Shown piece after piece: positions 29,140 through 38,750 of a DNA stretch of 64,000 nt. Made by a program: the position numbers and the translations under genes. The stretch's first letter is position 1; each line of letters begins with the position of its first letter. The DNA comes from Candidatus Bathyarchaeia archaeon. Its GTDB lineage: Archaea > Thermoproteota > Bathyarchaeia > Bathyarchaeales > Bathycorpusculaceae. The stretch covers positions 544,001 through 608,000 of the forward strand of contig JAVYWL010000001.1 in assembly GCA_038727135.1 (NCBI GenBank). Reading direction: 5' to 3'. Under the pieces are notes generated by a model. It had not been told where the DNA came from, searched no databases, and worked only from the letters and a program-made list of their open reading frames with translations.

Positions 29140-29760
29140 TTGATGCCTTTCAAAGACGAGTGTCAACTTTGTGGAAGGGTTCTTCCCTACAATTATCTTA
29201 GGCGGTGTTGGAGATGCGGGAAGCTCTTCTGCATAGACTGTATGGTTCCAGAAGTATCAACCGGAGACGCTTCAAGACTGCTTTGCCTTAACTGTGCAAG
29301 GAAGATTGTTTCTCCAAAGTCTAAAGCCAAATACGAGCCTCTTAAGGGATATTTGAAGTTTAGGGCAGCATTCACAGATTCCGTTAAGCTGTCTTTTGCC
29401 CAAATAGACGGGATTATCGGGGATAATCTTCCAATGGAGGCTTACCGCTCTGAAAGCTGGTGGGCAAATTCTCCTGACACTGTGCATGCGCGGTCTTGGC
29501 TTGATGCCGGATGGGAAACCAGCGAAGTGAACTTGAAAGAAGGTTATGTAATCTTCCGAAAAGTGAAGAAAATTCCATGTGTGGATCTTCCAAAGAAAAG
29601 GGAGGCTGAGGAGCCGAAAAAGCCGTTTACACCGCCGCCCTCAAGGATTATGCGACGCAAGAGGCCTTCAAAAACAAAGATTGCAAAGCTTTACGCTAGG
29701 CTTAAAAACTTGGAGAGGCAGAAGACTGCTCCCAAAAAGCTTAGAGGCAGCTTCAAATAG
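29140..29760 (+). CDS. Zn-finger protein with central conserved domain (KY-PL...LSF..I...LP..A...WWAN...WL-AGW)
   Basis: Four CxxC pairs; basic C-terminus. Confidence 0.75.
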   Translation: MMPFKDECQLCGRVLPYNYLRRCWRCGKLFCIDCMVPEVSTGDASRLLCLNCARKIVSPKSKAKYEPLKGYLKFRAAFTDSVKLSFAQIDGIIGDNLPMEAYRSESWWANSPDTVHARSWLDAGWETSEVNLKEGYVIFRKVKKIPCVDLPKKREAEEPKKPFTPPPSRIMRRKRPSKTKIAKLYARLKNLERQKTAPKKLRGSFK

Positions 29761-29812
29761 AAAACTGGTAAGAATTTTTATTTATCCGTTTTGAATTTAG
29801 GAAAAGTGTTGT

Positions 29813-29921
29813 GCGGCCGTCGTCTAGTCTGGTTAGGACACAGACGCTGTAAAGGCGGTTAACGGCGTGTGGAGGCCTTCCAAGCCTGCGATCCCGGGTT
29901 CGAATCCCGGCGGCCGCACCA
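29813..29921 (+). tRNA. tRNA-Gly(TCC) with 31-nt intron in the anticodon stem (about 29844-29874)
   Basis: GCGGCCG acceptor stem, CAGGC/GCCTG stem after removing the insert, CCA encoded. Confidence 0.92.
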
Positions 29922-29937
29922 TAAAAGATGACCAGCC

Positions 29938-30183
29938 ATGAGCGAACACCGCGTACGGAAATGTCCTCTCTGCAATGTTGAGCTGCAGTTTGCGCAGAAG
30001 GTGCCTTTCCGGATTAAGGGCACCTCTGGCGTGTGGAAACTTTTCTTTGGAGAACTAGCCGAGCTTGGCGAAGAGTTATTGTCCTTTGAGCTCTATGTGT
30101 GCCCAAAATGCGGAGAAGTTAGGTTCTTTGCCGATGAAAAATCAAAGCAGTCCTTGTTAAGGCTAACGCCTAAACAATCCTGA
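29938..30183 (+). CDS. Small zinc-ribbon protein
   Basis: CPLC ... YVCPKCGEVRFF. Confidence 0.75.
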   Translation: MSEHRVRKCPLCNVELQFAQKVPFRIKGTSGVWKLFFGELAELGEELLSFELYVCPKCGEVRFFADEKSKQSLLRLTPKQS

Positions 30184-30238
30184 AAATTGTCTATATGTGG
30201 AGTTAAGCAATCATGGGAAAGGCTAGTTTGCAGAATTT

Positions 30239-30348
30239 TGGCGGGCCCGCGGGGATTTGAACCCCGGTTCTCCGGCTCCGGAGGCTTGCGCACATACATG
30301 CTTGTGCATGCACATTCGGCGCCTTAATCCATACTGGGCTACGGGCCC
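30239..30348 (-). tRNA. tRNA-Arg(CCG) with 31-nt intron at 29/30 (30286-30316)
   Basis: GGGCCCG acceptor stem, CCGGC/GCCGG stem after splicing, BHB with GCGC/GCGC helix. Confidence 0.93.
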
Positions 30349-30393
30349 TCAAGGATAAGTTGCACTTACTTGGAATTATTTGTTGTTGTGCTG

Positions 30394-30894
30394 CTAGATT
30401 TCTATTAGTTCTTCGTTTATCCACCATGCCTTTTTCTTTCCGCCCTTTTCTCCCGGATAATATTCGATTATGGGTTTGCCCAGCTGCTTTTTTGAGGCTT
30501 TTTCTATTCTTCTTAGGCGGTTTAGGATTAGCCACCTGTTTGTTTTTGTGTATTCGGCTAGTTCTGGTGTTGTTGCGCCCTTATAGTGTATGAGGTAGTC
30601 GACTATTTTGTGGTCCAGTTCGTCGATGCAAAAGGTATGCGGGTTTGTTTTTCCCCTTTCATAGGTGAGCAGTTCCAAGTCTGCAAGATACTTTCTTATT
30701 TGGGAGAATTCAGCCTCAAGCTTTTCCAGTCGCTTCTCTAATTCGAGGATTTTGTCGGGTTTGGGTGTTTTTTGAAGCTTTTCTATTATGGCGTCTCTTA
30801 TGAAGTTGCTTCTTTCGCCTTCTGGGACTCGTAAAAGAAGCTCCTTGTAAACTTCGTCGGGTATCTTTACTGAAATTACTCTTAACTCGCTCAT
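30394..30894 (-). CDS. RHH + coiled-coil + winged-helix DNA-binding protein
   Basis: VISVKIPDEVY...RSNFIRDAI; ATTPELAE...LILNRLRRI. Confidence 0.8.
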   Translation of the reverse strand: MSELRVISVKIPDEVYKELLLRVPEGERSNFIRDAIIEKLQKTPKPDKILELEKRLEKLEAEFSQIRKYLADLELLTYERGKTNPHTFCIDELDHKIVDYLIHYKGATTPELAEYTKTNRWLILNRLRRIEKASKKQLGKPIIEYYPGEKGGKKKAWWINEELIEI

Positions 30895-30999
30895 ATGCTT
30901 ATACGCCCTTTCATGTTGGCTGTTCTCTATTTCTTTCGGAAATCTTTTAAAAGCTAGAGGGTAAACTCTAGACCGAGTTCCGATTCAAAGTGGTATATC

Positions 31000-32121
31000 A
31001 TGTCTAGAAAAACCACAATTTCCCTTATAAAATGTGATGTTGGCTCCCTGGCGGGACATCATGTTGTCCCAAAACCCCTACTAAACATTGGAGAGAGAAA
31101 CCTAAAAAAAGCCAAGGAAGAGGGCCTAATCAACAGTTATTACGTTTTCAATGTTGGCGACGACTTAGAGCTATTAATAGTGCATGAGCGAGGCGAATCC
31201 AGTCCTGAAATTCATAGGCTTGCATGGAACACTTTTCAGGAAGCTGCCAACAAAGCCTTGGAACTGAAGCTTTATGGTGCTGGACAAGACTTGCTAAAGA
31301 ACGCTTTCAGCGGGACGGTCCGTGGACTTGGCCCCGGAGTGGCTGAAATGGAGATTGAGGAGCGAAAATCCGAACCAATAGTTGTTTTTGCAGCTGATAA
31401 GACTTCGGCTGGAAGCTTTAATCTGCCTCTTTTCAGGATTTTTGCCGATCCTATGAATACCGCTGGACTTGTGATAGATCCAAACATGGCTGGCGGTTTC
31501 AAGTTTGAGGTTGTTGATGCCCAAGAGGGTAAGAAAGTTGTGCTTGAATGTCCAGAGGAAATGTATGAGCTTGTCGCCCTAATTGGGACTGTTGAGCGTT
31601 ACATAGTTTCTCGGGTTTGGCGCCGCAGAGACGATTTAATATGCGCTTCTGGCAGTGTGACGAAGCTTTCGCTGATCGCTGGAAAATATGTTGGAAAAGA
31701 TGACCCGGTGATGATTGTTCGAACACAGCACGGTTTGCCAGCCGTTGGAGAGGTTCTAGCACCCTTCATGCACAGTTATTTGGTGGCTGGTTGGATGAGG
31801 GGAAGCCACTGGGGACCGCTGATGCCTGTTGGTTTGAAGGATGCTCGGTGCACGCTTTTTGATGGACCGCCGCGAATGGTGGCTTTAGGCTTTCAAGTTG
31901 CAGATGGTGCAATAGCAAGCGATGATGATGGCAAGCCCATGATAACAGACTTTTTCGCTGACCCAGCATTTGCCCTTGCGAGAAAGGAGGCATTGAAATA
32001 TGCCACCATGCTTCGGCGTATGGGTGAATTTGAACCAGCCCGCCTAAGTGCCGAGTCTATGGAGTATACGACGTTGCCACAGATCATTGAGAAGTTGAAG
32101 GAAAGGTTTACGCCAATTTAG
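31000..32121 (+). CDS. fbp: Fructose-1,6-bisphosphate aldolase/phosphatase
   Basis: KCDVGS-AGH, LYGAGQDLL, YVGKDDP, GWMRGSH, MEYTTLP. Confidence 0.96.
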   Translation: MSRKTTISLIKCDVGSLAGHHVVPKPLLNIGERNLKKAKEEGLINSYYVFNVGDDLELLIVHERGESSPEIHRLAWNTFQEAANKALELKLYGAGQDLLKNAFSGTVRGLGPGVAEMEIEERKSEPIVVFAADKTSAGSFNLPLFRIFADPMNTAGLVIDPNMAGGFKFEVVDAQEGKKVVLECPEEMYELVALIGTVERYIVSRVWRRRDDLICASGSVTKLSLIAGKYVGKDDPVMIVRTQHGLPAVGEVLAPFMHSYLVAGWMRGSHWGPLMPVGLKDARCTLFDGPPRMVALGFQVADGAIASDDDGKPMITDFFADPAFALARKEALKYATMLRRMGEFEPARLSAESMEYTTLPQIIEKLKERFTPI

Positions 32122-32130
32122 CGACGCGGC

Positions 32131-32694
32131 TCACTGCTGTCTTATTTTAGCTAACTCCTTGTAGCGGCTTCTCACGACCTCGTAGAGCTTACTCCGCAAC
32201 TCCTCCCCAGACATTTTGCGTTCCCTTATAAGGGCCGTTTTCTTGGCAAGTTCTATGTCGCCCAACCCGGAAAACCAAGCTTCGAAGTCTCCTCGATTTA
32301 GGTGGAACTCTATTGAGCCTATGTCAATTTTCTGGATTTTCTCGCAGAAGTCTCCTAGACTTGTGGCATAAACGCCTAGGGGCTTGCCTATGTCTGCATA
32401 AAAGTAGAAGGCTTTGTCTAACGGGACATATTCCAAAATCTGCCTGGCTTTTTCATCATTAATTGTCGGCAAGCCTAGGGTTTCTCGTCCCTTTTCGGTT
32501 ATAGTGTAGTATCCTTTCTCCACAGCCTTAACATAACCCATTTTTGTTAGACCAAGCATGTGCATCATAACCGTTGGAAAGCCTAGCCCAACCTCCTCCG
32601 CCACTTCCATAGGTTTTACAGGCTTGTTTAGCATCCATACGGTTTCAAGAATAAGCTTTTTAACAGGAGACAAACTCACAGTGTTACCCCTCAT
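32131..32694 (-). CDS. Winged-helix + DUF5752-like protein
   Basis: YTITEKG wHTH; AFYFY...SIEFHLNRGDFEAW. Confidence 0.78.
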   Translation of the reverse strand: MRGNTVSLSPVKKLILETVWMLNKPVKPMEVAEEVGLGFPTVMMHMLGLTKMGYVKAVEKGYYTITEKGRETLGLPTINDEKARQILEYVPLDKAFYFYADIGKPLGVYATSLGDFCEKIQKIDIGSIEFHLNRGDFEAWFSGLGDIELAKKTALIRERKMSGEELRSKLYEVVRSRYKELAKIRQQ

Positions 32695-32809
32695 TTTCTA
32701 TATTTTGATGAGTTCAGCTTTTCAGACTTTCGCTCAACAACCCCCCTTGACCGCTTAAAACGGATAATTTATAGAGAATGCTCGTGAATAGAATAATTAG
32801 GGTCTGAGT

Positions 32810-33613
32810 TTGACTGTGGAAAGGCTTTCCACTGGAGTGCCAGCCCTCGATAAAATGCTTTCTGGCGGGATTCCTAGGGGGTTTTCTGTGGCTGTTACTG
32901 GCGAGCCTGGCACCGGCAAGACTATCCTCTGCATTCATTTTATTGCACAGGGCATAGTTGACGGTGACAAGTGTATTTATGTTACAACCGAGGAGAGCCG
33001 CGAGTCTATAATAACTCAAGCCAGCCAGTTTGGCTTTGACTTTTCTTCAGCTATAAAGGATGGCAAATTAATATTGATTGACGCGTTGATGGGAACTGAG
33101 GACCAGTGGACGATTAAGGCGTTAAGTGTTGAGGAGCTTGTGAACAAGGTTATTGAGGCTAAGAAGGCTTTAGGCTATGGGAGAGCCCGTCTAGTTATTG
33201 ATTCGCTTTCAGCTTTTTGGCTTGACAAGCCGGCCATGGCGAGGCGCCATTCATACTTTGTAAAGAAGGTTCTTGCCAAATGGGACTTCACAATTTTGGC
33301 GACTTCACAGTATGCCATAACCACTTCCGAGGCTTTCGGCTGGGGAGTTGAGCATATAGCCGACGGCATAATAAGGTTTAGGCGTTTCGTCAGAAACGGG
33401 GTTTTGAGGCGTTATGTACTTGTGGAAAAGATGAGGCAGACACCTCACAGTCTCCAAATGCACGAAATCACCATAGAGCATGGAAAAGGACTGGTAATCC
33501 TCGGACCAGTCGAAGAACGGAGAGAAGACATAGCCCTTCCAAGAAAAGTTATGGAGAGAATACAAAAAGCAATGGAGAGACGGGATGTCGAACCCCCAAA
33601 GCCTAACGATTGA
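32810..33613 (+). CDS. KaiC-like RecA-superfamily ATPase
   Basis: STGVPALD, GEPGTGKT, TEES, LVIDS, EHIADGII, KMR. Confidence 0.92.
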   Translation: MTVERLSTGVPALDKMLSGGIPRGFSVAVTGEPGTGKTILCIHFIAQGIVDGDKCIYVTTEESRESIITQASQFGFDFSSAIKDGKLILIDALMGTEDQWTIKALSVEELVNKVIEAKKALGYGRARLVIDSLSAFWLDKPAMARRHSYFVKKVLAKWDFTILATSQYAITTSEAFGWGVEHIADGIIRFRRFVRNGVLRRYVLVEKMRQTPHSLQMHEITIEHGKGLVILGPVEERREDIALPRKVMERIQKAMERRDVEPPKPND

Positions 33614-34478
33614 GCACTATTCAAGGGCTGAAGTGCAAAAGGAAATAGCTGAATTCTGCAAGGGAAGATGGATGGCAGCCCACTGCATTGACGAGTCTGG
33701 AAAGCTTGTCTTTAGGCGTTATTTAGGCGGCAAACCAATGGCGATTAAAAGCGAAGAGGAATTCGCAACACTTTTGAAAAGGTTAAGGAACACAGCAAGA
33801 GCCTTTTACGCCACTGCCAACAAGTACCCAACGGTGGAGCATATAGAAGACGTTGATTTTTCAAAAGCCTATCGTTGTACTCCAACATGGGATATTGACG
33901 GGACGCTACAGAACTGGAGAGAAACTATTGCCGTCGCAAGAGAAATTCTCTCCGTCCTAAAGAATGAGGGTGTGGAAAAGTCTATTTATGTTAAGTGGTC
34001 TGGGAACGGCTGCCACATTCATATTCATGAGGACGCCATATCAGAGGCGGTACTTAACAAAGCGCACCCGTTAGACTTTGCCTATGCTATTGTGGAATAC
34101 ATAAATACCAAGGCGATGCCGAAAATAATCGAAAGTCTAAGGGCTGAAAATGTAAAAGTTGAGAATAGAATGGATGCCGGCAGAGTTTTCACATGCCCCT
34201 TAAGTCTCCACCGCCAACTTGACGTTGTATGTGTCTGCCTAAAACCACACGAGGTTGACAGTTTCTCCCCTGAATGGATTCAAACATCAAGCTTTAGGCA
34301 TAACCTTGCGTGGCGGGACTTCCAAAAAGGGGAGGCTGACGCTTTAGCCCTAAAAGCCTACGAAGCTGTGGGCGGCTACAGAATGTTGACTGGCAAAAGG
34401 CGAAAAGCAAAAAGTAGGAGACTCGACCAGCAGATAAATGAGTGGCTGCAAAAGTTTAAGCGGCTTAGTCCAGCCTAA
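33585..34478 (+). CDS. Archaeo-eukaryotic primase (AEP) superfamily protein
   Basis: WDID, SGNGCHIH, D-GRVFTCPLSLH. Confidence 0.8.
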   Translation: MSNPQSLTIEHYSRAEVQKEIAEFCKGRWMAAHCIDESGKLVFRRYLGGKPMAIKSEEEFATLLKRLRNTARAFYATANKYPTVEHIEDVDFSKAYRCTPTWDIDGTLQNWRETIAVAREILSVLKNEGVEKSIYVKWSGNGCHIHIHEDAISEAVLNKAHPLDFAYAIVEYINTKAMPKIIESLRAENVKVENRMDAGRVFTCPLSLHRQLDVVCVCLKPHEVDSFSPEWIQTSSFRHNLAWRDFQKGEADALALKAYEAVGGYRMLTGKRRKAKSRRLDQQINEWLQKFKRLSPA

Positions 34479-35557
34479 CCTAATCTTCCTATAGCCTCGC
34501 CACGGACGGTTTTGCGGAAAGTCGTGCTTTCTTTCGCTAGTCTTTCCATACTCGCTTCTGTAACAATTTCGACTTTTGGAAGTTTATCGCCATAAACTTC
34601 CAAAAACCTGTTTTTTAGTTCTCCTTCAATGTCAAGCTCCTTAATCCTTTGAAAGCTCCATTTGTTAGCAAGCTCCATTACCCCCTTTTTGCCATACTTG
34701 CAGAAGACTGCTGTTATCAGTGCTGTTACAAGCGCTTTTTCAGACATTACGGCTATTTCAGCCTCTCTTATGGCGTACTCATTGCCATTAAAGGATATTG
34801 TTAAGCCGCCCCCGTTACGCACTGTTTTGAAGGCTTCGTTGTCTGTTATGCTGTCGCCAACATAAACCACTTCTGACATGCTCATGCCCAACTTTTCGGC
34901 TATTCGCCTAACCGCCTCGGCTTTTTCCCGCCCGCCGATTGGATTGACCTCTTCGAAAATTTTGCCTATTTCCATTTTGGCAATTTCTTCCCAGAAGATT
35001 TCATCAAGCCTTTTTATGACTTGCTGGTGCTGTTTTGGAAAGTCTCTGATGGAGCTTGCCCCCTTCGGAATTTCAACAACTGGCATTTTGGCAATTTCCG
35101 CCGCCAGTTCTCTAAGCTTATCCTGTTCCTTCTGGCTGAGCGAGTATTTGTCAACTTTCACCCTCGTGCAGTAGGCGTTCTTAAATGGAAAGTCTATGGC
35201 TTTGCACAGCGCCCTAACATAATGCTCGTAGCTTGTGCTTACAATAAACGCGTGAGCAACCCCTTGGATGAACGCTAAACTCTCTTTTACATTTGAGATT
35301 AGCACAAGGTTGTTAGCCGAAAAACTCCGCATTTTGTGGTCTGTGACGCCATAAGCCCTAAGGAAGGGCAGTATAAGCTTCAGCGTATCTCCAGCCTTGT
35401 AACCGGGCTTTTTAATGACATCGGCAAGCACGTCGTCATATCTACTTATGACGGTGAAAATGTGCTCGCCGTTGGGCACGTAATGGGCTGTCAGTTCGAA
35501 GGCATTATCATTTTTTGAAATTGGTCCTTCACAGTCTGATATGAAAACTTTTTTCAT
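34475..35557 (-). CDS. HAD-superfamily hydrolase (COG4030/EhaR-like)
   Basis: DCEGP, STSY, YVGDSITD, FNGN. Confidence 0.82.
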   Translation of the reverse strand: MKKVFISDCEGPISKNDNAFELTAHYVPNGEHIFTVISRYDDVLADVIKKPGYKAGDTLKLILPFLRAYGVTDHKMRSFSANNLVLISNVKESLAFIQGVAHAFIVSTSYEHYVRALCKAIDFPFKNAYCTRVKVDKYSLSQKEQDKLRELAAEIAKMPVVEIPKGASSIRDFPKQHQQVIKRLDEIFWEEIAKMEIGKIFEEVNPIGGREKAEAVRRIAEKLGMSMSEVVYVGDSITDNEAFKTVRNGGGLTISFNGNEYAIREAEIAVMSEKALVTALITAVFCKYGKKGVMELANKWSFQRIKELDIEGELKNRFLEVYGDKLPKVEIVTEASMERLAKESTTFRKTVRGEAIGRLG

Positions 35558-36966
35558 TTGCGTTTTCTAAGCGCCTCCATGTGGTGTATGCTTTTTTCTA
35601 TGTGCCGTTTTGAGGCTATGTCTGTTCTATGCCACAAGGCTCCACCTTTTATGGCTTTGATTCCCTCTAAAGAAATGTTTCTAGCGTCCTCTATGGTTTC
35701 GCCTACGCCAACAACACAAACAGCCCTTGACTTCAAAGCGTAGGTCTCACCGTTGCGGAGCTCCATAGAAGCCGGATAAACACGAATCCTATCGCCATAC
35801 TTTTTGCTAAGCTCATAGGCTTTTGTTAGGTCTACTGGCTTATCTATTTCCGCCTTTTCCACGCGGTCTGGGAAAGCTTCTGCATAACCGCCATAGCTAG
35901 GCGGCACCTTATAGGTTACCACAGTTGCAGCCTTTTCAACCTCTACACGGGTTAAGTTTCCATCAAGAATTTTGAAGCATACATCCACAAAATCATCCTT
36001 CAAAATTGGCAGAATGTTGATTATTTCCGGGTCGCCGGGGCGGCTGTTGTTCTCAAGGATTTTTGGCTCCTTGCCGGTGTGCATAAAAGCCACGTAGAAT
36101 GGGATGCCTCTTAAGGCGTTGTTGTCTGAAGCTCGCCATTTGCTAAAAATTTTGTTAACTATTTCCAGTTCTTTTTCTCTGTCCGCGGCGGTCATGAAGG
36201 GCAACACTTCGCCAGCGTCCTTATAGGAGCCCATGCCGCCAGTGTTTGGACCTTTATCATCGTCGAAGGCACGCTTATAATCCCTCGTTTCTGGAAGTGG
36301 AACCAGGTGTTTTCCGTCGCAGAAAGCTTGGAAGCTGGATTCCTCGCCTTCAATCTTCTCTTCAACGATAACAGCGCCGTGCCTTAGGTTTTCCCAAAAA
36401 TGTTCAAAAAGCTGTTCGCGAGTGGTGAAGTGGTCTCCCCATACGCCTACACCTTTGCCAGCTGCTGGCTTGTCTGGCTTAACAACAGCCATATTTCCAA
36501 GTTCGTCAAGCCACTTGTAAAGGGCTTTACGGACATCTTCCAGTGTTTTGTATTCTTCTGGGCGGAAGATTTTGAATCGGGGATTCACTTCTGGAACAGT
36601 CTCCTGGAAGAGTAGACGCTGTTGGACTTTGCTAGCTTCTATGGCGTACTCTTTTGTCGGGCAAATCATTGGTATGCCAACACGTTTCTCAACAAGGTCG
36701 CGGACACCCTCAATTATGGGCTTTTCCGGACCCACTATACCAAAGTCTACGCGGTCTTTGTGGGCTTCGGCGAATTTGCATATTGCATCAACATTCAAGT
36801 CTGGTATAACAGCGTGTGCAACTGCGTTTTTCACGTTAAATGGGTTTCGCTGCTTGTCGGCAACGTAAACCTCAACTTTGTAGTTTGTGCTCCGCAAGAA
36901 AGCGTCAACCATCGCCACCTCGCGAGCACCATAAGAAACAACCAGTATGCCGACTCTTTCGACCAA
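35554..36966 (-). CDS. purD: Phosphoribosylamine-glycine ligase
   Basis: GARE, VGPE, AAGKGV, DYKRAFDDDKGPNTGGMG, RPGDPE. Confidence 0.95.
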   Translation of the reverse strand: MVERVGILVVSYGAREVAMVDAFLRSTNYKVEVYVADKQRNPFNVKNAVAHAVIPDLNVDAICKFAEAHKDRVDFGIVGPEKPIIEGVRDLVEKRVGIPMICPTKEYAIEASKVQQRLLFQETVPEVNPRFKIFRPEEYKTLEDVRKALYKWLDELGNMAVVKPDKPAAGKGVGVWGDHFTTREQLFEHFWENLRHGAVIVEEKIEGEESSFQAFCDGKHLVPLPETRDYKRAFDDDKGPNTGGMGSYKDAGEVLPFMTAADREKELEIVNKIFSKWRASDNNALRGIPFYVAFMHTGKEPKILENNSRPGDPEIINILPILKDDFVDVCFKILDGNLTRVEVEKAATVVTYKVPPSYGGYAEAFPDRVEKAEIDKPVDLTKAYELSKKYGDRIRVYPASMELRNGETYALKSRAVCVVGVGETIEDARNISLEGIKAIKGGALWHRTDIASKRHIEKSIHHMEALRKRK

Positions 36967-37009
36967 GACATGCCACCTTTCTATATTAAAATGCTAAACG
37001 CGGAGGACT

Positions 37010-38530
37010 CTAATCTATTTTGTCACTAACCGCATCAACCAGTTCTGGAATTTCGTAAAGCCTTCCGGTCTCCTCAACCCCTTCTAAAAACCTCTTCTTC
37101 ATTTCGTCTGCAATTTTTTGAGCTAGCGGCGTTGGATACTCGCCGGTCAAACAACCCAAGCATAACTCTTCTCTTCTAAAACCGGTGGCTCTAACAAGCC
37201 CCTCTATCGACTGGTAGCAAACAGCATCAGCTCCTATAATTTTAGCTATTTCTTCTGGTGTGTGCTTTGCGCCTATCAGCTGCCCATAGGTTGCCATGTC
37301 TATCCCGTAAAAGCATGGACCAATTATTCGTGGAAAAGTCACAAACAAGTAAACCTTTTTGGCGCCCATTCTGCGAAGCTTCTCCACAGTAATCCGCGTT
37401 GTGTCGCCTCGAACAATGCTGTCATCCACCACTATAACCCTTTTACCCTTCACCTTTGAGGCTAAAATGTTAATTTTCTTGTCTATGGTGGCGTAGCGCT
37501 CCTTATTAAGCAGTATAAACGCGCGCTCAGTCACATAGCGATGCCTGCGGGTCGCCCTCTCCCACCTTAAACCAGACTCTTCATGAACCCCCAGCGCCGC
37601 ATCATCGCCGGTCTCCGGCATAGAGATAACCATGTCCGCATCCTTAACAATGTCCGGGTTTTCCCTCACAAGGTTTCTCCCAAACTCCTCGCGGATTTCA
37701 TAAACATACTTCTTGTCAAAAATGGAGTCTGGTCTGGCAAAATAGGCAAACTCAAAGGCGCAGAAGGCTTTCCGTTCAGAACGCATAAGCCTTTCACGTT
37801 TAAACCCGTTTTCAGAGACAGTTATGAACTCACCGGGCTCAACCTCAAAATCTCGGCATAAACCGTTTATGTCTAAACCAACAGTTTCAGAAGAAAAAGC
37901 ATACGTCTTCCCATCATCGCTGTGACCAGCACAAAGAGGCCTTATACCATGAGGGTCCTTAAAAGCAAAAAACTCGCCTTCCCCAGTTATTCCTGCAACC
38001 GAAAAGGCGCCCTCAATTTCTTGCATGCAATTTTTCACAGCGGCGGCGAGGTCTTTGCTTTTAGCAAGTTCTATCATCAGTTTGTGGCAGATAAGGTCGG
38101 CGTCGCACTCATAAGAAAAATTATGGAATTCCTTTGAAATCTCTCTTTTAAGCTGAAAAGTATTTACAACATTACCATTAAAGGAGATAGCCACCCTCAA
38201 ACCATTTTTAGAAGCAGTTACGGGCTGAGTGCCCCTTATCAAAGACTTATCATCAGTCTTCCCAGAAGTTGTATACCTAACATTACCTATTCCGATATGC
38301 CCCGGCAGACGCCCAAACCACTCTTGAATAGCGCTTGTCTTAATCTTCGGCACGAGGTCCAAGCTTCTATGAACGTAGAATTTTCCATCAGCATATGTGA
38401 GAAAACCGTGGGACTGGTGTCCCCTATGGTTTTGGGCCCTCAAACCCCAATATACGTATGGAAATATGGGTTGTCGTTCAAAGTTTATTGCGCCGAAGAC
38501 CCCGCACGCTATTTTTAGGTTTTCTCCCAT
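37010..38530 (-). CDS. purF: Amidophosphoribosyltransferase
   Basis: CGVFG, RYTT, FEFAYFARPDS, VVDDSIVRGDT. Confidence 0.96.
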   Translation of the reverse strand: MGENLKIACGVFGAINFERQPIFPYVYWGLRAQNHRGHQSHGFLTYADGKFYVHRSLDLVPKIKTSAIQEWFGRLPGHIGIGNVRYTTSGKTDDKSLIRGTQPVTASKNGLRVAISFNGNVVNTFQLKREISKEFHNFSYECDADLICHKLMIELAKSKDLAAAVKNCMQEIEGAFSVAGITGEGEFFAFKDPHGIRPLCAGHSDDGKTYAFSSETVGLDINGLCRDFEVEPGEFITVSENGFKRERLMRSERKAFCAFEFAYFARPDSIFDKKYVYEIREEFGRNLVRENPDIVKDADMVISMPETGDDAALGVHEESGLRWERATRRHRYVTERAFILLNKERYATIDKKINILASKVKGKRVIVVDDSIVRGDTTRITVEKLRRMGAKKVYLFVTFPRIIGPCFYGIDMATYGQLIGAKHTPEEIAKIIGADAVCYQSIEGLVRATGFRREELCLGCLTGEYPTPLAQKIADEMKKRFLEGVEETGRLYEIPELVDAVSDKID

Positions 38531-38720
38531 GTGCGGGGATAGAGAAAAGCCTCTTTATCAACTTTTAGAACAAGTTTAAATCAAATCCTTGAAAGCCGAA
38601 TCATCGTTAGAAAATCCCTAAAAAGGGACAAAAATCCTGGAGGAGGGGAGGGCAAAATAAGGGTAAGAACACAACCAAATTTCACATAGACCGCTCTTGG
38701 AAATCACTAGAGGGGGTAGC

Positions 38721-38750
38721 CAATTTAGGCTTTTTTCACAACCTAAATTG
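38721..38750. terminator. Hairpin after aspS
   Basis: CAATTTAGG ... CCTAAATTG inverted repeat. Confidence 0.5.

Noticed and set aside
28498-30348. Possible island between the three tRNAs
   Set aside because: No integrase, no duplicated tRNA 3' end and host-like composition.
30203-30535. 110-aa minus-strand ORF
   Set aside because: Overlaps tRNA-Arg and the RHH gene.
38531-38720. Possible purine riboswitch upstream of purF
   Set aside because: No recognisable aptamer consensus or convincing fold by eye.
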